The position numbers and the translations under genes are program-made. The notes beneath the pieces are model-generated. The model ran no database searches, was not told the DNA's origin, and saw only the letters and a list, made by a program, of their open reading frames with translations. From contig JBJCIZ010001039.1 of NCBI GenBank assembly GCA_051294375.1, forward strand, positions 1 to 10,483: a DNA stretch of 10,483 nucleotides, in the 5' to 3' direction. The DNA is from Paraspadella gotoi. Taxonomy: Eukaryota > Animalia > Chaetognatha. Position 1 is the stretch's first letter, and every line of letters starts with the position of its first letter. Shown piece by piece: positions 9,550-10,483 of this stretch.

Positions 9550-9920
9550 TTAACATTTCAAAGCGAAGCGATAATTGATATGTTTCCTACAGATGCGACA
9601 ATTGTATAAGATTTGCGACAATTGTCTAAGACAAACAGGTTGTCTCGAATGATAGGTTTTAATTAAAGTTGGCGGCCATGCTTCGCATGACCCGCAAACT
9701 TTAATACAATTAAAAATCCCACGGGAAAGCGAAGCATTTTTTGCTTCGTAGTCCATTCAATTTACCTTATGAGTTCCATTTATTTGCATGTCTATATTTT
9801 CTAAATAAACGTTCTTTGTTTCGTCGTCGTCTTTTCATAGACTACGCTTCACATTTCTTAGTCGAGTTATAACAAATGATCTGATTTTCGAGTCAAAGTT
9901 CTTAGTTAATATATAGACAT
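9550..9920 (-). pseudogene. small (~120 aa) CxxC...CxxC putative zinc-binding protein, disrupted
   Basis: ATG at 9920, a 2-nt slip in a TA run, then LTKNFDSKIRSFVITRLRNVKRSL*KDDDETKNVYLENIDMQINGTHKVN*MDYEAK...KVCGSC...YHSRQPVCLRQLSQILYNCRICRKHINY. The 3' part is ORF 9550..9756. Confidence 0.55.
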
Positions 9921-10070
9921 GTTAATATTAAATAACTGACTAGTTTGTTTTTTTTTAAACTATGACATTATCTAAAATACAAATCAATTGATAAAGTTAT
10001 TAAAAAGATTGCCGTAGAATAAGACAGGCTTATACTATTGCAAAATATGTTATTAATGCAGTAATACACA

Positions 10071-10399
10071 ATGTCGTGTCATACAAGACAAGTCGTAGGC
10101 GTGGCTAAAGAGTTGATGACGTGTGATGAGTATGTCATAACCGAAAGAAGTTAGTACAGTCAAATTGATGACGTCGTGTAATACCGAGAGTAGTGGGTGT
10201 GGCAGAAGTGATGACGTCGTGTAATACCGAGAGAGGGTGTGGCGAATGGTGACGTCATGTATATCGGTAAAAATATGAAAGAAATTGTTAGGATAAAAAA
10301 AGGTCTTTCTATTGCGAAAAATGCATGAATGCGGATGTACATTCCTTTTCGATGACTCATTCATACCGGAAGTAGGGTGGCCGAAAGTGATGACGTCAT
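10071..10399 (+). promoter_or_regulatory. ~43-bp tandem array carrying CRE/ATF-like TGACGTC and GGGTGTGGC motifs
   Basis: tgatgacgtcgtgtaataccgagag is identical at 10166 and 10209. Related units at ~10071, 10114, 10247 and 10351-10399. Full TGACGTCA at 10250 and 10391, TGACTCA at 10353. The repeat is seen directly; the regulatory role is inferred. Confidence 0.7.
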
Positions 10400-10450
10400 C
10401 AGAAAGGAAATGTACATCCGCATTCTGATTTTCGCAATAGTAAGACCTTT
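10299..10450. repeat. long imperfect inverted repeat (~60-bp arms, ~29-nt loop)
   Basis: Left arm 10299-10360 is aaaggtctttctattgcgaaaaatgcatgaatgcggatgtacattccttttcgatgactcat. The reverse complement of right arm 10390-10450 is aaaggtcttactattgcgaaaatcagaatgcggatgtacatttcctttctgatgacgtcat. Confidence 0.93.
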
Positions 10451-10483
10451 ACTATTCTTGTAGCATTTCCATGTGTTTGTCGT

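Larger units (their letters stand above)
2607..10483. mobile_element. candidate decayed Polinton/adintovirus-like or other DNA-virus-derived element (partial)
   Basis: Compact cluster of co-decayed orphan genes with very short intergenic gaps, a pPolB-N-like segment, a small CxxC gene and a flanking CRE array with hairpin. No hallmark core gene is recognisable. Confidence 0.4.

Noticed and set aside
2607-9920. Alternative genetic code (TAA/TAG=Gln) explaining the stops
   Set aside because: TGA stops, frameshifts and damaged splice acceptors also occur, so decay or sequence error is more parsimonious.
10053-10364. 103-aa and 66-aa minus-strand ORFs
   Set aside because: They simply translate the tandem array and hairpin arm.
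10071-10399. CRISPR-like repeat-spacer array
   Set aside because: The sequences between motifs are homologous to each other, the context is eukaryotic and there are no cas genes.

Overview
AT-rich eukaryotic DNA with no obvious CpG depletion and short 42-70 nt GT-AG introns, most likely from an invertebrate; the host cannot be fixed from sequence alone. Positions ~1-2600 hold small non-autonomous repeats: a (TC)n microsatellite element with a GC hairpin, a possible MITE, a ~430-bp TA-flanked fold-back element and a ~600-bp Helitron-like element. Positions ~2607-9920 hold four tightly packed, disrupted genes that the ORF track misses, three of them spliced. They are a minus-strand orphan, a minus-strand gene with degenerate C2H2 fingers and a coiled coil, a large plus-strand gene whose 3' part resembles (from memory) the N-terminus of Polinton/adintovirus pPolB without the polymerase, and a small CxxC...CxxC gene. 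The window ends in a ~43-bp tandem array of CRE/ATF (TGACGTC) motifs and a hairpin with ~60-bp arms. My best inference is a decayed, intron-containing Polinton-like or other DNA-virus-derived element with its origin/terminal region. No polymerase, integrase or capsid gene is recognisable here, and all translations were done by hand.
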